Assembly: GCA_963788655.1 (NCBI GenBank)
Contig: CAWBHS010000056.1
Span: 1-48,260, forward strand
DNA from: an uncultured Verrucomicrobiae bacterium
Lineage (GTDB): Bacteria > Verrucomicrobiota > Verrucomicrobiia > Limisphaerales > JAFGQR01
Length of the DNA stretch: 48,260 nt
Reading direction: 5' to 3'
In this document: piece by piece, positions 7,630 through 18,837 of the stretch
Numbering within the stretch: position 1 is the first letter of the stretch
How the letters are laid out: each line of letters opens with the position of its first letter
Made by a program: the position numbers and the translations under genes
Notes under the pieces: model-generated
What the model saw: only the letters and a program-made list of their open reading frames with translations
The model's database searches: none
What the model was told of the DNA's origin: nothing

Positions 7630-10600
7630 TCCCGCGAGTTCTTGCTGCGGCCAAACAAGGTTTCATCAAACTTGAACCGGAAGCTGATAAAGAATCCGGG
7701 ATTGGTGTAATTCTGGCCACTTAAATCGTCGTCGTGGAATCCAAAGACATTGAAGCCCGCGGCAATGCGCATGTTGTTCTTGAACGTCCAGCCCACTTCC
7801 GGGCCGAGTCCGAATTGCGCGCTGCGAAAGCCGCCCCCAAACAGCATGCTGCCATTCAGGCCAACGTCCCAACGCTTGGTCAGATCGGTACGTGGCCCGC
7901 AAGGCCACCAAGTGCGCGTCGTAGAAATCGCTGAAACCGTCGGCCGAGTCCCAGGCGAATTTGGAGGCATAATGACCGCTCAGAATCCAGTCGCGCGTTG
8001 GCTGGTAGTTGGCGTGCAAGGAGAAAATATGGACTTGCCGTTCCAAGTCGCCGCGGGGTTGCGTCCCGTCATCCTCAAACTTGTACTGGTACTTCATCAA
8101 GGCATTCCACCGATCGGTGCGCGTCTGCCGGTAGGCCAGCCCGGCCTGGAAACGCGCCTGCGTTTTGCTGCCGCCGGTGGGTCCGTTATTCTGCACGCCA
8201 TAATAGATGGTCTTGCCCAGAAAGGTCCAATCGGTACTGAGTTTGCGCGCCAATCCCAGCGTATTGAGCACGCTGTCACTCGCCGAACTGACCCGCAGTT
8301 CCAATCGCGCCGTGCCTTTCCAGTCCGGATTGCGTGTGTATTCCACCGCGGCGGCGCCGGCGGTGGCTTCATTCTGAATGTCCCCGACGATGGGGTTGAC
8401 GCGTTCGAACGTGGTGTTGAGCCGCAGTCCTTCCGCCAGGGACCAACCATTGCGCAAGCCAACCGCGGCTTCGGCTTCGCGCCCGGAAAAGGCATCCCGT
8501 CCGCGATATTCACTGAACACCGAGCCTTCCTTCATATACTCAGTGTCGAGGCCAACGACGGTGGTGTTTTGCTCCTGGAAGTTATTCAATTCAAAGGGGC
8601 CGCCCAGCGCATTGATGAATTCATGCCGGGCGTAGAGGCGGGTTTTCGGGCCCACCTGCATTTCGCCCCCGACCGCCAACAGACGCTTGTCCGTCTCGAT
8701 CACATCGTTCTCCACCTCGCCATAAACGGAGGCCTGCTTAACGAACGGTACCGGCACGGTAACCTTGGCGCGCGCGCTGTTGACTTCGTTCGGCGTCACC
8801 CCGGCCGGGGTGGCCGTGGTGGGCCCAGCCGGGGCGGCGGTTTCGGTGCTGTGCCGTCCTCCGACTTCGACGCGCACCTTGCCGGGCAAGGTCTGTTCCA
8901 CGGAGAGCGTGCCGCCTTCCCGGTGGCCGTCGTTCGCCGTGCTTTCACTGTAAATGGCCTGGCCCAACAGCCGCGTGTTGGGCGCGAGTCGATGGCTGAT
9001 TTGTGCTCCCGCTTCCCGGCGGCCCGACATAATGCCCGCCGCGTTGTTGCTGAAGGTATTGCCGGCCTCCCCGAAATAGAACCGCGCGTCCGTTTTCTCG
9101 TCCTGGTGGCGCAACTCAATCCGCCCGGCGTCGCCATCGGCCAGCGCCGTGGAACTGTGAGCCACTTCGCCCAAGACATAGGTTTTCTTGGCCAGCTTGA
9201 TGGTGGAGTTGGCGCTGTAGAGGTGGTATTCGGCCAGGGGATTTTCGTCGCGCACCACCGATCCGCCGACTTCGATATGTTCGTTGAGTTTGACTTGTCC
9301 GTCCGCGCCATACACCCAAAATTTGTCTCCGCCTTGCTCCACCTCATACGTCACGCGGATGAACACTGGATTGAGATACTCATCCACACTGGGAAGCGAC
9401 CGACGGAGGAGCAACCGGCCCGTAAACGGCTCAAATTCGTAATCCGTAAATCGGGTCAACGTTTCGCTCTTAATGACAATCGACCGCTGATTGCGATCGC
9501 GGGTGATGATCTCGACTTTTTCGCTGTTGATGATGCCGTCCTTCGCGCTGAACTGATACGGCCCGGAAGTGCCATTGCCGCGCATCTCATCGATTACCTG
9601 GCGGGTGCTGTCCTCACTGGCCCATACGTTCAGGCGCACGTGCTCGTTTTCCAGATGCACCCGCCCACCCGTCAGGCTGCGACTGTAGTTCCCCAGGCTG
9701 CTGGCTTCCGCTTGCGAGGTGGTGACGAAGTCGCCATAAAGTACGTAACACCGCTTCCGGTCCACGCGAACATACAAGCGCCCCGTGCTTTGGGCGTCGA
9801 ATCCTTTGACCGACGAATCACCATACACCGGGTAAAACTCATCCGGTTGGATGTCGCGGAAGAGCCGCTCCTTGGTGTCTTTGTCCGAGTCAAAGCCGAC
9901 CGTCAGCAGGTATTTGCCAAGCACCTTGCCCTTCACAAACAGGGCGGCCCGTCCGCCATATCGATCGGAACCCGAACCGTCGTTCAGGGCAAAGGCCTGG
10001 AGTTCTTCGGCGAAACCATCCTGCGAGCGCGGGGGAAAGGCATCGTTGCCATTGAGGTCGCTGAAATTCACCGTGCCTTCGAGAACCCCCACCGCCAGCA
10101 ACGGCCGCAGTTCGGGGAGAAAATGGAGCACCGCCTCGGCCCCCATCGCACCGCTGCTAACCTGGATGTGTGATTCCCCCGGCTCCAGGGGCGGTGTCAG
10201 GTAAAACTCGGCGTGGCCGCCCTCGATGAATACCTGGGTGGCGGGCGTGCGGGTATCAAAATCTTCGACCTGCCATTCACCCTGACTGGCGCTCAACGTC
10301 AGCGGCAAGCGCGCCGTCACTCGCACACCGGCGCCATCGGTCACTTCCACCACGACTTTGGCCGGGGTCTTGCCGTCTGCCACCGCGCCCTCTTTGGGGA
10401 GAAAGATCCGGATCGATCCCGGTTTGTCGGGAGCGATCAGGTTCACTCCCTCGCGGCCCCGTTCGTTGCCGAACGCATCGATCTGGACCACCTCCACTTC
10501 ATTGTTGCCCGGCTGCAATTCCACCCCGACATATTCCCAAACCTCCAGTCGCTTTTCGGCCAGCGTCGCCCGTTTGCCCAAACGGCTGGCTGACACCTCT

Positions 10601-12486
10601 TGACCGTTGACGCGGAGGACCAACTTGCTCCCTTGCACTCCCTGCACTCGAATGGTGGATTGGGCCATGGGCAGGATGTCGCCGTCCTTGAAATCAACGA
10701 AACCCAAGGTGTTGGTGGCGACTGTTTCCAGTGCAGGCTCCAAGGGCAATTGCGGGCCAAAGACCGGGTTCAGCGGCATGCCGTTGGTGGCCGAGGATGC
10801 GGTATTCGTGCTCGCGGTGACGCGCGGTGTACGACCGGCAGCACCCGGAACCAGGCCAGTGACCAAGCTCGGTCCCGCATTCACCGGATCGCTGATTACC
10901 CCGCTCGCCGGCAGTGAACGCGGATCGTTTCGGGGCACCAGGGCTCCATCCGGCGTCAAACGTCCCTTGATCATCGCGTCAATCTCGGACGCCCGACCCT
11001 CGGCCCGGAGCCGGCGGGCTTTGACTTCCTCAATGACTTCAGGCACCGGATAGCCAATCGTAAAATTGGCTTTGTGGATTTCACCGCGGTTGATATCCAC
11101 AAACCGGGTGCCACCGCTGCCCGCATGCCGCGTGGAGGGGGCGAGTAGCACCGCGCCGGTCGGCAACGTCGTTTCGTCAAGTTTAAGCACATGGGTCTTG
11201 GGCGAGACGCCGTAGAAACTGTATTTGCCTTCGCTGTCGGTAATGACATAGGTGCCATCCTCCATGTAAAGGCGAATGCCGGGAACGCCCAACTCCAGGA
11301 GATCTTGAATCCGGTTTTGATTGGCATCGATGAAGACCTTCCCCAGGACCACGCCCATGTCAGTAAACACGCCGCCTTGTTTTACTTCCAGTTTGACGGT
11401 CGCCCGATTGCTCTGCAACACCCGCGGCTGCGTGCAGGTGGACCAGGCGGTGAATACGCCATTGCCTTTGGTCGTTCCCGGCCCGGCGCGCACCACCAGC
11501 GTCAACGTCACCACGCCATCATTCGGGAGGGCGCCCACCGGAAACACCAGTTGCGGGCCGGCGCCGCCTTCCGGATTCGCGATGGTCACCCCTTCTCGGC
11601 GGGCGGTTCCTTGTTGATACGCAAAACCGGCGGACAGGTTGTTCACGGCCACCACGTCCGCCAGATCGATACCCGTGGCATTGCGGATGCGGATCGTCAG
11701 TTCAACCATGTCGCCAATCTCGACGCTTTGCCGCGACGCGGTGATCTGGGTGAACAACGAGCCCAGTTCGGCCAGCAGGCTGACGCGGTTTTCACTCATC
11801 GCGGCCAAGCCACTCGCCGGCACCGTCGCGGTCAATTGGATCGTCGCCGCCTGTCCGCCCAGTAACGGGGAAGATGGTAGTTCGCCCACGATCACCAAGT
11901 CCAGCGGAGTACCGGGATTGACCGTGAGCGAACCGCCGTTGGCAATCTCGATTTCGCCGGTATCGACCACTCCGTTGCGATTGGGATCCCGGAACAGTCG
12001 GAGATTTGTCAGGTCGTAATCATTGTCGGGACCGTTTGCCGCCTGGAGGGTAACCATGGCTGGCCCCGTTCCCGAATAATCCAGGCGATGAGGCAACGAA
12101 ACCGTTGAGCCCACGGTAGCGGTCAACGACCGTCCGGGGGAAAGGTCCAATTGACCGGCGGGAGGGATGTCCCCCTGGATGATCACGCGCACCGGTTCGG
12201 ACTGCATTCGGACCAGGTTGGTGCCTCCCGGTGCGCCATTGGCCTCCGTGGTGAATTCGACCACCGCCAGGTTGATTATCTCCAAGCCGGTGGCCGGTGG
12301 CGCCGCCCGCGCCGGACAAACGACGGCATAAAGAATGAGTCCAAGGAGGAAGCACTGGCTCCCGACCGCGCGCACGAGCGGAACCAGTGAGAAAGGCAAT
12401 GAAAACGAGAAGCGTCGGCTTGCAGCAAAACAGAAAGCTTGAGCTCCGATCGGCATCTTACGGGCTGACCTTTCGGGTGCCTCCAT
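7626..12486 (-). CDS. Large outer-membrane protein: N-terminal Ig/DUF11-like domains, SdrD-B-like domain, C-terminal beta-barrel (1-nt frameshift at about 7887)
   Basis: Signal peptide, a DUF11-like repeat, GKVFIDANQNRIQD..ELGVPGIRLYMEDG, and a long run of amphipathic beta strands. The C-terminus FFISFRFKFDE continues in the 7626..7970 frame. Confidence 0.85.
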
Positions 12487-12735
12487 GAAACCGCGTCATA
12501 GACGGAAACCTGGCTTCGAAAGATACAGCTCGTTTTTCGAAGTCAGATTCAGGGGCAATGTTGGAATCACCCCGCAACCGCTTGCGGGGGATTCGCCAAT
12601 GCGCGCGCTTCATGGACAAGGTGAATCCGACGTTTAGCCGAGCGGGAGGCAGCGCGACTGAACCACCGGTCGCCAACTGGCCACGTGCCCGCAAGCCAAT
12701 GGCTCTGCGGAGCTTCCACGCTCTTCCAGGTTCAA

Positions 12736-12751
12736 AGCAAAGGATGTGCCC
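12736..12751 (-). promoter_or_regulatory. Putative sigma54 (-24/-12) promoter for the beta-barrel operon
   Basis: The minus strand reads GGGCACATCCTTTGCT (GG-N10-GC, close to TGGCAC-N5-TTGCW), about 250 bp upstream of ATG 12486. Confidence 0.6.
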
Positions 12752-12968
12752 GGATATGCACATTCCGCGCGTAAAGGTTCTTCCAGACGAAGTTTTTCCT
12801 GGCCTTTGCCTGCCGTGAGGAACCCAGGTGGAGGTATCCAAGGTGTGGATGGTCCGCCGGGCCAGTCAATTGAACGACCCGTATCCATCCGGCCAAGTGG
12901 CCCACGAGGCGCCCGCCGGTCCTGCCCTAGCGAGATCTTGTCGGGCCGGGGGGGGAAGCGACTTAAAT

Positions 12969-15007
12969 CTATGCCGCACAAGCAGTCGGAATGGCCTGGC
13001 TCGAGGGCAATTCCAACGTGAAGGTGGCCCCATGTCCCGGTCCGTCACTATGAACAGATAATTTGCCCCCCATTTCCTTGGAGGCGTTGGCCCCGCTATG
13101 CAGCCCAAAACCATGCCCATGCGGTTTGGTGGTAAATCCATGTTGGAAGACTCGAGTCAGATTCTCCTCCGGAATGCCCACTCCGTTGTCGATGACTTGC
13201 ATCTTCACTGTTTCTTTGCCCTGCCGGGTAATTCTCAGAATCAACCGTGGCTCCTGGGGCTGACCGTCTTGCAAGGCATGTTTGGCGTTGCGAATCAGGT
13301 TGATCAAGATCTGCATGGCTTTGTGCCGATCCACGTCCACCGGCGGCACGTCGTCAAATTCCCGGACCACCGTCACGTTGACCCCTTCCAGCCCGGCGGC
13401 ATTCATCCGCAAGGCATCTTCCATCAACATGGCCGGTGCCACCGATTCAATCACCCCGGACACTTTGGCGTAGGCCTGTTGCATGGAAACGATTTCCTTG
13501 ATGTGGTCCACGTTCTTGCGGAGGGCATCGAGTTCCTCGAACTGGACGGCGTGCTCATTGGCGACATGCTTGGCGAGCTTCGCCACAAAATCCGGCAGTT
13601 GTTTGCCGCGCGGATCTTCGGTGAGGAAGGTGCCGAGGTCGGCGGCATGCTCGGTCAGCAATTCCGCCAGGCGACTGATGCTGGAAACCTTGGAGTTCCG
13701 CAACCGGTCGGCCACCACCGTCGCGGAGACGTTTACGCTGTTGAGCACGTTTCCCACATTGTGTAAAACGCCCGTGGCCACTTCGGCCATGCCCGCCTGA
13801 CGCGACGTTCGCGCAATTGTTTGTTCAGTCCCTCCAATTCCTGGGCCACCCGCTTCCGCTCGGTAATGTCCCGGATAATCGCGCCGTAAAACTGCTGCTG
13901 CTCAACTTGCCAGGCATACAGCGAAACCTCCACGGGCAGTTCCCCATGCTTCTGATTCAAGGCATGCATTTCGATGGTTTCCCCGCCCTGGCTGGAATCG
14001 GTTTGACCTTCGACCCGCTCAATCCCCGCGCGGTAAATCGCGTGATATCGCTCGGGAAACAATTCCACCATGGGTTCGCCGAGAATGTCTCCTTCGTCAT
14101 AGCCAAAGATCAGTACGGCGCCTTTGTTCCAGGAGGTAATCCGCCCTTGCTGGTCAATGGAGATGATCGCGTCGTTGGCCGATTCAGTGAGGGATTGAAA
14201 GCGCTGATCCGCCACCCGGCGTGCCGCTTCCGTGCGCGCCCGCTGTTCAATTTCGCACTGAAGATCCTGGTTCATCTTGTTCAGGGAAGCGGAGTCCGAC
14301 TCGATTTGCCCCAGCATTTGGTTGAATGCCTCGGTCAGCATGCCCACTTCGTCTTTGCCCAACTGCGCGGCGCGCACCGCGTAATTCCGGTCGTGCGCCA
14401 CGACCTGGGCCACTCCCGCCAATTTCAGAATGGGAACGGAAATGAAGCGTTGCAATCGATTGGAAAGGAGGAAACTGACCAGGATCGACCCGAGCAGCAC
14501 CAACCCGGTAATCCCACCGTACAGGCGAAGCAGGTCATGGTGGGCCTGGCGAATATCCGCATCCAGATACAGGGTGCCCAACCGGTCGCCTTCCAGCACG
14601 ACCGGTTGCGCCAGCAGCAACCGGTTTCCTTCCACGCTCAAACCGTCTTGCAAGGCGCGCGACGCAAATACCTCCCGGCGGTTGGCGGGTCCGCGGTGGG
14701 CGAATTCACTGCCGTCCTTCAAATGCAAACTGGCATAGGTGATCTGGGGTTTGGCTTGCAATGAGGCCAGCACGTCCGCCGCCGCCTGACGATCCCGGAA
14801 GGTCAAAGCCCCCAGGCTGTTCGCGGCAATGATTTTCGCCGTGGTTTGCAAATCCTGCACCAGTCCGCGACGAAAATAGTAGTCTTGAAATACGAACAGA
14901 GCGGCTCCGGCGACCAGCAGGACAACCGAGCAGGTCATCACCACGATCAAGTTCAACTTGCGCTGGATGCGCAAATTCAAGACGAAGCGTTTGAGAAGGG
15001 CGATCAC
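12969..15007 (-). CDS. Membrane sensor histidine kinase (CHASE8-like, HAMP, PAS, HisKA, HATPase); frameshift at about 13809
   Basis: Two TM segments, HAMP (DEVGMLTEAFNQML), PAS (DAIISID..GRITSWNKGA..IFGY), H-box GMAEVATGVLHNVGN, and N/G boxes. Confidence 0.88.
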
Positions 15008-15397
15008 GACTTAGTTCACCGCAGCCATTTTCTGGGCGGTCCATAAAGTGAAACGCGCTTGGCGATGCCACCCTATGGCCAAGGCCACTCGTGAGGAACC
15101 TTTGGGAGTATTCCCATTCTTGAAAGGGTATCGCGTGATGGACCACTGCTGACTCATAAAACTCGAATCCAACTTGGTTCCGATTGCTCTGCGGGCGGCA
15201 ACATTTTCCCCTGCGGCTCCGCGCCGATCATTCCCAGTCGGTTCAGAGCAGGAAAAAGGCCCATCATGAAGTTGCTGATCCAAACATTTCCCGCGCGTTG
15301 GGTCGGAGGGCGCGACCATCGGGCGCGCGGCGGGCAACCAACTTGGACGGGCACGGATTGCTCGCACGATTTGCCCGGCGCGCCAATCCTACGTCCG

Positions 15398-17605
15398 TCA
15401 GGCGGCCCACTGACGATCCGGCGGCGCAGGTTCCCGTGCGTCCGCGGCCACCACCTCAATTTGTCCCAACAATTCACGCACCGTGTGCAGCAGTCGTTCA
15501 GGTTTATACGGTTTCTGCAAATAGGCACAGCCCTGGTTCGCGGCAAAGTCCCGGCCCGCCAGTTCCGAATTATAACCGCTGGTGTAGATGAGCTTCACTC
15601 CCGGTTTGCTCTGCTGAAGTTGCTTGCCCAGTTGCAGGCCGCTGATGCCATTTGGCATGACCACATCGGTCACCACGATATCAAAATCCTGGCCGTGCTC
15701 TTTCCAGAGGTTCAAGGCCTGCACGGCATCGCTGGCTTCGACGACCCGATAACCATGCTGCTGCAGCACTTCCCGCTGCATTTCCCGGAGCAACTCTTCA
15801 TCTTCCACCAACAGCACGCGTTCCTGCCCGGTGACATTGCGCAGCAAACGCGTCGGTTCATCCTCCAAAATGAGCGGCTTTTCGGTCTTGGGCAGATACA
15901 CGGAAAAGGTGGAACCCTTGCCCACTTCGCTGCTGACCTCAATCCATCCCGCATGCTGCTTCACAATCCCGAAGGCGGTGGATAATCCGAGACCCGTGCC
16001 TTTGCCCAAGTCTTTGGTCGTATAAAAAGGTTCGAAAATGTGCTCCAGGTTGGCGGGGGCAATACCGCAGCCTTCATCCGCAACACTCAGGCAAACAAAC
16101 TGGCCCGGCCGCGACTGCGGATTCTGGGCGGCGTAGGCCTCATCGATGTCCACCACCCGCGTCCGCACGACCAGTTGGCCGCCTTGCGGCATGGCATCGC
16201 GAGCGTTGACCACCAGGTTCATGATCACTTGTTCCAGGTTGCACTCGTCCGCTTCAATCGCGGGCAAGGTTTCGGCGCATTCGCAATGCAGCGTCACCTG
16301 TTCGCCGATCACCCGGCAGAACAGCGCATGGAGCTGGCGGACGATTTGATTCACGCTCAGCACCCGGGATTGCACCACCTGCTTGGAACTGAACGCCAGC
16401 AATTGGCGGGTTAAATCCGCCGCGCGCTCGGAGGCTCGGTTGACGTGCTTGAGCGAGCTTCGCAAGGGAGCCGCCAAGTCAGCCTGCGCCAGTTGCAAAT
16501 TCACATGGCCCTGGATGATGGTCAGAATGTTGTTAAAGTCATGGGCAATCCCGGCGGCCAATTGTCCCACCGCCTCCATCTTCTGCGATTCCTGGAGGCG
16601 CTTCTCCAGTTGTTCGCGTTCGGAAACGTCTTCCGCGATCACGAGCATATTGGGTTCGCCGCCGAGGTTCAGCAGTTCGGCCGAGAGAAACACACTGCGA
16701 GCCTGGCCGGATTTGCTTTTCAACTGGCACGGCGCATTACGAATGGATCCCAGTTGCTTGAGCCGGCTGGAGATTTTCGCCCCGGGCTTCGGATCCTGCC
16801 AGAGGCCCAGTTCCTCATCCGTGCGTCCAACGATCTCTTCCGGGGGGTATCCCAGCGTTTTGACAAAAGCCTCATTCACATGCAGGTAGCGTTCTTCGCT
16901 GACCGTTTGAATGGCCATCGGAATGGGCGTGGCCCGAAAGGCTTTCGAAAACCGTTCCTGCGATAGCCTCAATTCGGCGTCCACCCGCTCGCGTTCGGCG
17001 ATTTCCTCCTGCAAGCGCGCGTTGGTCGCCTGCAGTTCCTGGGTGCGTTCATTGACCTTCCGGTCTAGTTCCTGCAAGCGGTCTTTGGCCTGCTGGGTGA
17101 GGTGCCATTTGCTCGTCAGGGCATGGGCCAGTTGCAGCACCTCCACGTTGTCAAAGGGCTTCTTCAGGATCACCAGGCTGTCCGTGTTGCCCAGGTTGCC
17201 CACGTTTTGGATGATGTCGTTCCAGGAGTAGTCCGAGTAGGCCGTGCAGATGACAACCTGAAGTTCGGGATACACTTGCCAGATCCGGGAGATGGTTTCG
17301 ATGCCGTCCCAGCCGGGCGGCATGCGCACGTCCACAAAGGCCATCGCGTACGACCGGCCTTCCTGCTGGGCCTGCTCCACCCGGGCCAAGCCTTCCTGGC
17401 CTTGGAACGCCGAATCGACATCGAACTGGACCGTGCTCTCGGTTCCCGCGTCCGGCTTCGCGCCAAACAGCAGCGCCTCTGCTTCGCTCAACTCGTCGCT
17501 GGCCTGCTGGGCGGGCAGTAGTATTTTGCGAAAATCCTCGTGAATGGACGGATTGTCGTCAATCACCAGGATACGGCTGGAGTTGGATGAAAGGCGGTCA
17601 CTCAT
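15398..17605 (-). CDS. Cytoplasmic hybrid kinase REC-PAS-HisKA-HATPase-REC
   Basis: RILVIDDN...FVDVRMPPGWDG, QKMEAVGQLAAGIAHDFNN, NLVVNARDAM, GKGTGLGL, and a C-terminal VLLVEDE...TDVVMP. Confidence 0.93.
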   Translation of the reverse strand: MSDRLSSNSSRILVIDDNPSIHEDFRKILLPAQQASDELSEAEALLFGAKPDAGTESTVQFDVDSAFQGQEGLARVEQAQQEGRSYAMAFVDVRMPPGWDGIETISRIWQVYPELQVVICTAYSDYSWNDIIQNVGNLGNTDSLVILKKPFDNVEVLQLAHALTSKWHLTQQAKDRLQELDRKVNERTQELQATNARLQEEIAERERVDAELRLSQERFSKAFRATPIPMAIQTVSEERYLHVNEAFVKTLGYPPEEIVGRTDEELGLWQDPKPGAKISSRLKQLGSIRNAPCQLKSKSGQARSVFLSAELLNLGGEPNMLVIAEDVSEREQLEKRLQESQKMEAVGQLAAGIAHDFNNILTIIQGHVNLQLAQADLAAPLRSSLKHVNRASERAADLTRQLLAFSSKQVVQSRVLSVNQIVRQLHALFCRVIGEQVTLHCECAETLPAIEADECNLEQVIMNLVVNARDAMPQGGQLVVRTRVVDIDEAYAAQNPQSRPGQFVCLSVADEGCGIAPANLEHIFEPFYTTKDLGKGTGLGLSTAFGIVKQHAGWIEVSSEVGKGSTFSVYLPKTEKPLILEDEPTRLLRNVTGQERVLLVEDEELLREMQREVLQQHGYRVVEASDAVQALNLWKEHGQDFDIVVTDVVMPNGISGLQLGKQLQQSKPGVKLIYTSGYNSELAGRDFAANQGCAYLQKPYKPERLLHTVRELLGQIEVVAADAREPAPPDRQWAA

Positions 17606-18094
17606 GGGCGGGGCAAGGCGCAACCTGTTGGTTGGAATCCTGAGCGCAATCCCAACGCGAGGCGTGGATTTGTTATCGGCGGTATCGCCGGTGGTTCACC
17701 TGCCGGCGCAAGTTCATCCGCCCGCCGGTTGACCGTGCGGGGCTCTCGACTGCTAATCTGGCTGTTCGGTTGTTCCATTCCGTTCTGTTCGCAGTACACC
17801 TTGCATAGGTTATCGGCGGTTGCCATGGCCGCTAAACCTGAATCCCCCAATCCAAAGGCCAAAAACACGCCGCAGATCTGGCAAGCACCCCGTCTGGGCC
17901 GGGATGGCCCGCCAAGCCATCACCGCCCGTAAAGCGAGCGACACGATTCGCCACCCCCGGCGACTCCGGGCACTTGCGCCGCGCTGTACGTGCCGCGGTC
18001 GGCCCAGCGGACTGGCCCTGCCACAATTACGCATCTCGGTCTTCGGCCTGTGGATTTCACCCCAAAGCTCTGGTATTCCCACCTTTCCTGCCGC

Positions 18095-18110
18095 CGGTAT
18101 GGATAGTGCT
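18095..18110 (+). promoter_or_regulatory. Possible sigma54 promoter for the DUF11 subunit operon
   Basis: CGGTATGGATAGTGCT (GG-N10-GC), about 140 bp upstream of ATG 18252. A weaker match to consensus. Confidence 0.4.
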
Positions 18111-18251
18111 TTCTTGAAAACCGGGCAAAAGTGCGTTCAGGTCCGGTGAGCAGGTCGGCAAAAAGCTTCCTCCGCAGGCACAAGACGCCAACCAGTGTTG
18201 CCCCGGCGAACGACAAAATGTTTTGAAGGAACAGAACGGAGAAACTGAGCT

Positions 18252-18791
18252 ATGAAGGCAATCCAGTGCGTGGAATTCAACCGAATCAATCTTCCCCCGT
18301 GGCGCGCCGCCGCCCTCGGCCTCCTGCTGCTTGGCAGCTTGAGTTGGGTGGCTGCGGCGGCGAACAACGACCTGGCCATCTCCCTCCAGGCGCGCAAGGT
18401 GATTGCCCAGACCAACGGTCGCGAACAACTGCAACCCGCCGAACGCGCCTTCCCTGGTGAAGTTATCCAGTACGACGCCCGGTATGCCAATCAAAGCGGC
18501 CGGCCGCTGCGCCAGATCCAACCCACGCTGCCAATCCCGGCCGGTATGACTTACCTAAAGGACTCCGCCAAACCCGCCCCGGTCAAAGCCAGCCTGGATG
18601 GCAAGACCTTTGAAGCCATTCCGCTGCACCGGCAGGTGCAATTGCCCGACGGCAAAGTGGAACTGCACGAAGTGCCCGCCACCGAATATCGCGCGTTGCG
18701 GTGGTATATCAGCGAACTGGCGCCCGGCAGCCAGACCAACCTGGTGGCCCGCACGCGGCTGATTCCTTTAACCACGGCTTCCCGCCGGTGA
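18252..18791 (+). CDS. Small exported DUF11-like single-domain protein (candidate assembly chaperone)
   Basis: Signal peptide, then PGEVIQY...N...TLPIPAGMTY...LRWYISELAPG. GGAG RBS. Confidence 0.8.
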   Translation: MKAIQCVEFNRINLPPWRAAALGLLLLGSLSWVAAAANNDLAISLQARKVIAQTNGREQLQPAERAFPGEVIQYDARYANQSGRPLRQIQPTLPIPAGMTYLKDSAKPAPVKASLDGKTFEAIPLHRQVQLPDGKVELHEVPATEYRALRWYISELAPGSQTNLVARTRLIPLTTASRR

Positions 18792-18837
18792 ATCCGTGCC
18801 AGCCACCATGCTTCCAGTTCCCTCAACGATTTGACCC

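Noticed and set aside
7750..10173. Long antisense ORFs (807 aa here; also 5060-6361, 26132-27397, 32019-33152)
   Set aside because: They mirror well-supported genes on the opposite strand, as expected from high-GC codon bias, and have no recognisable motifs.
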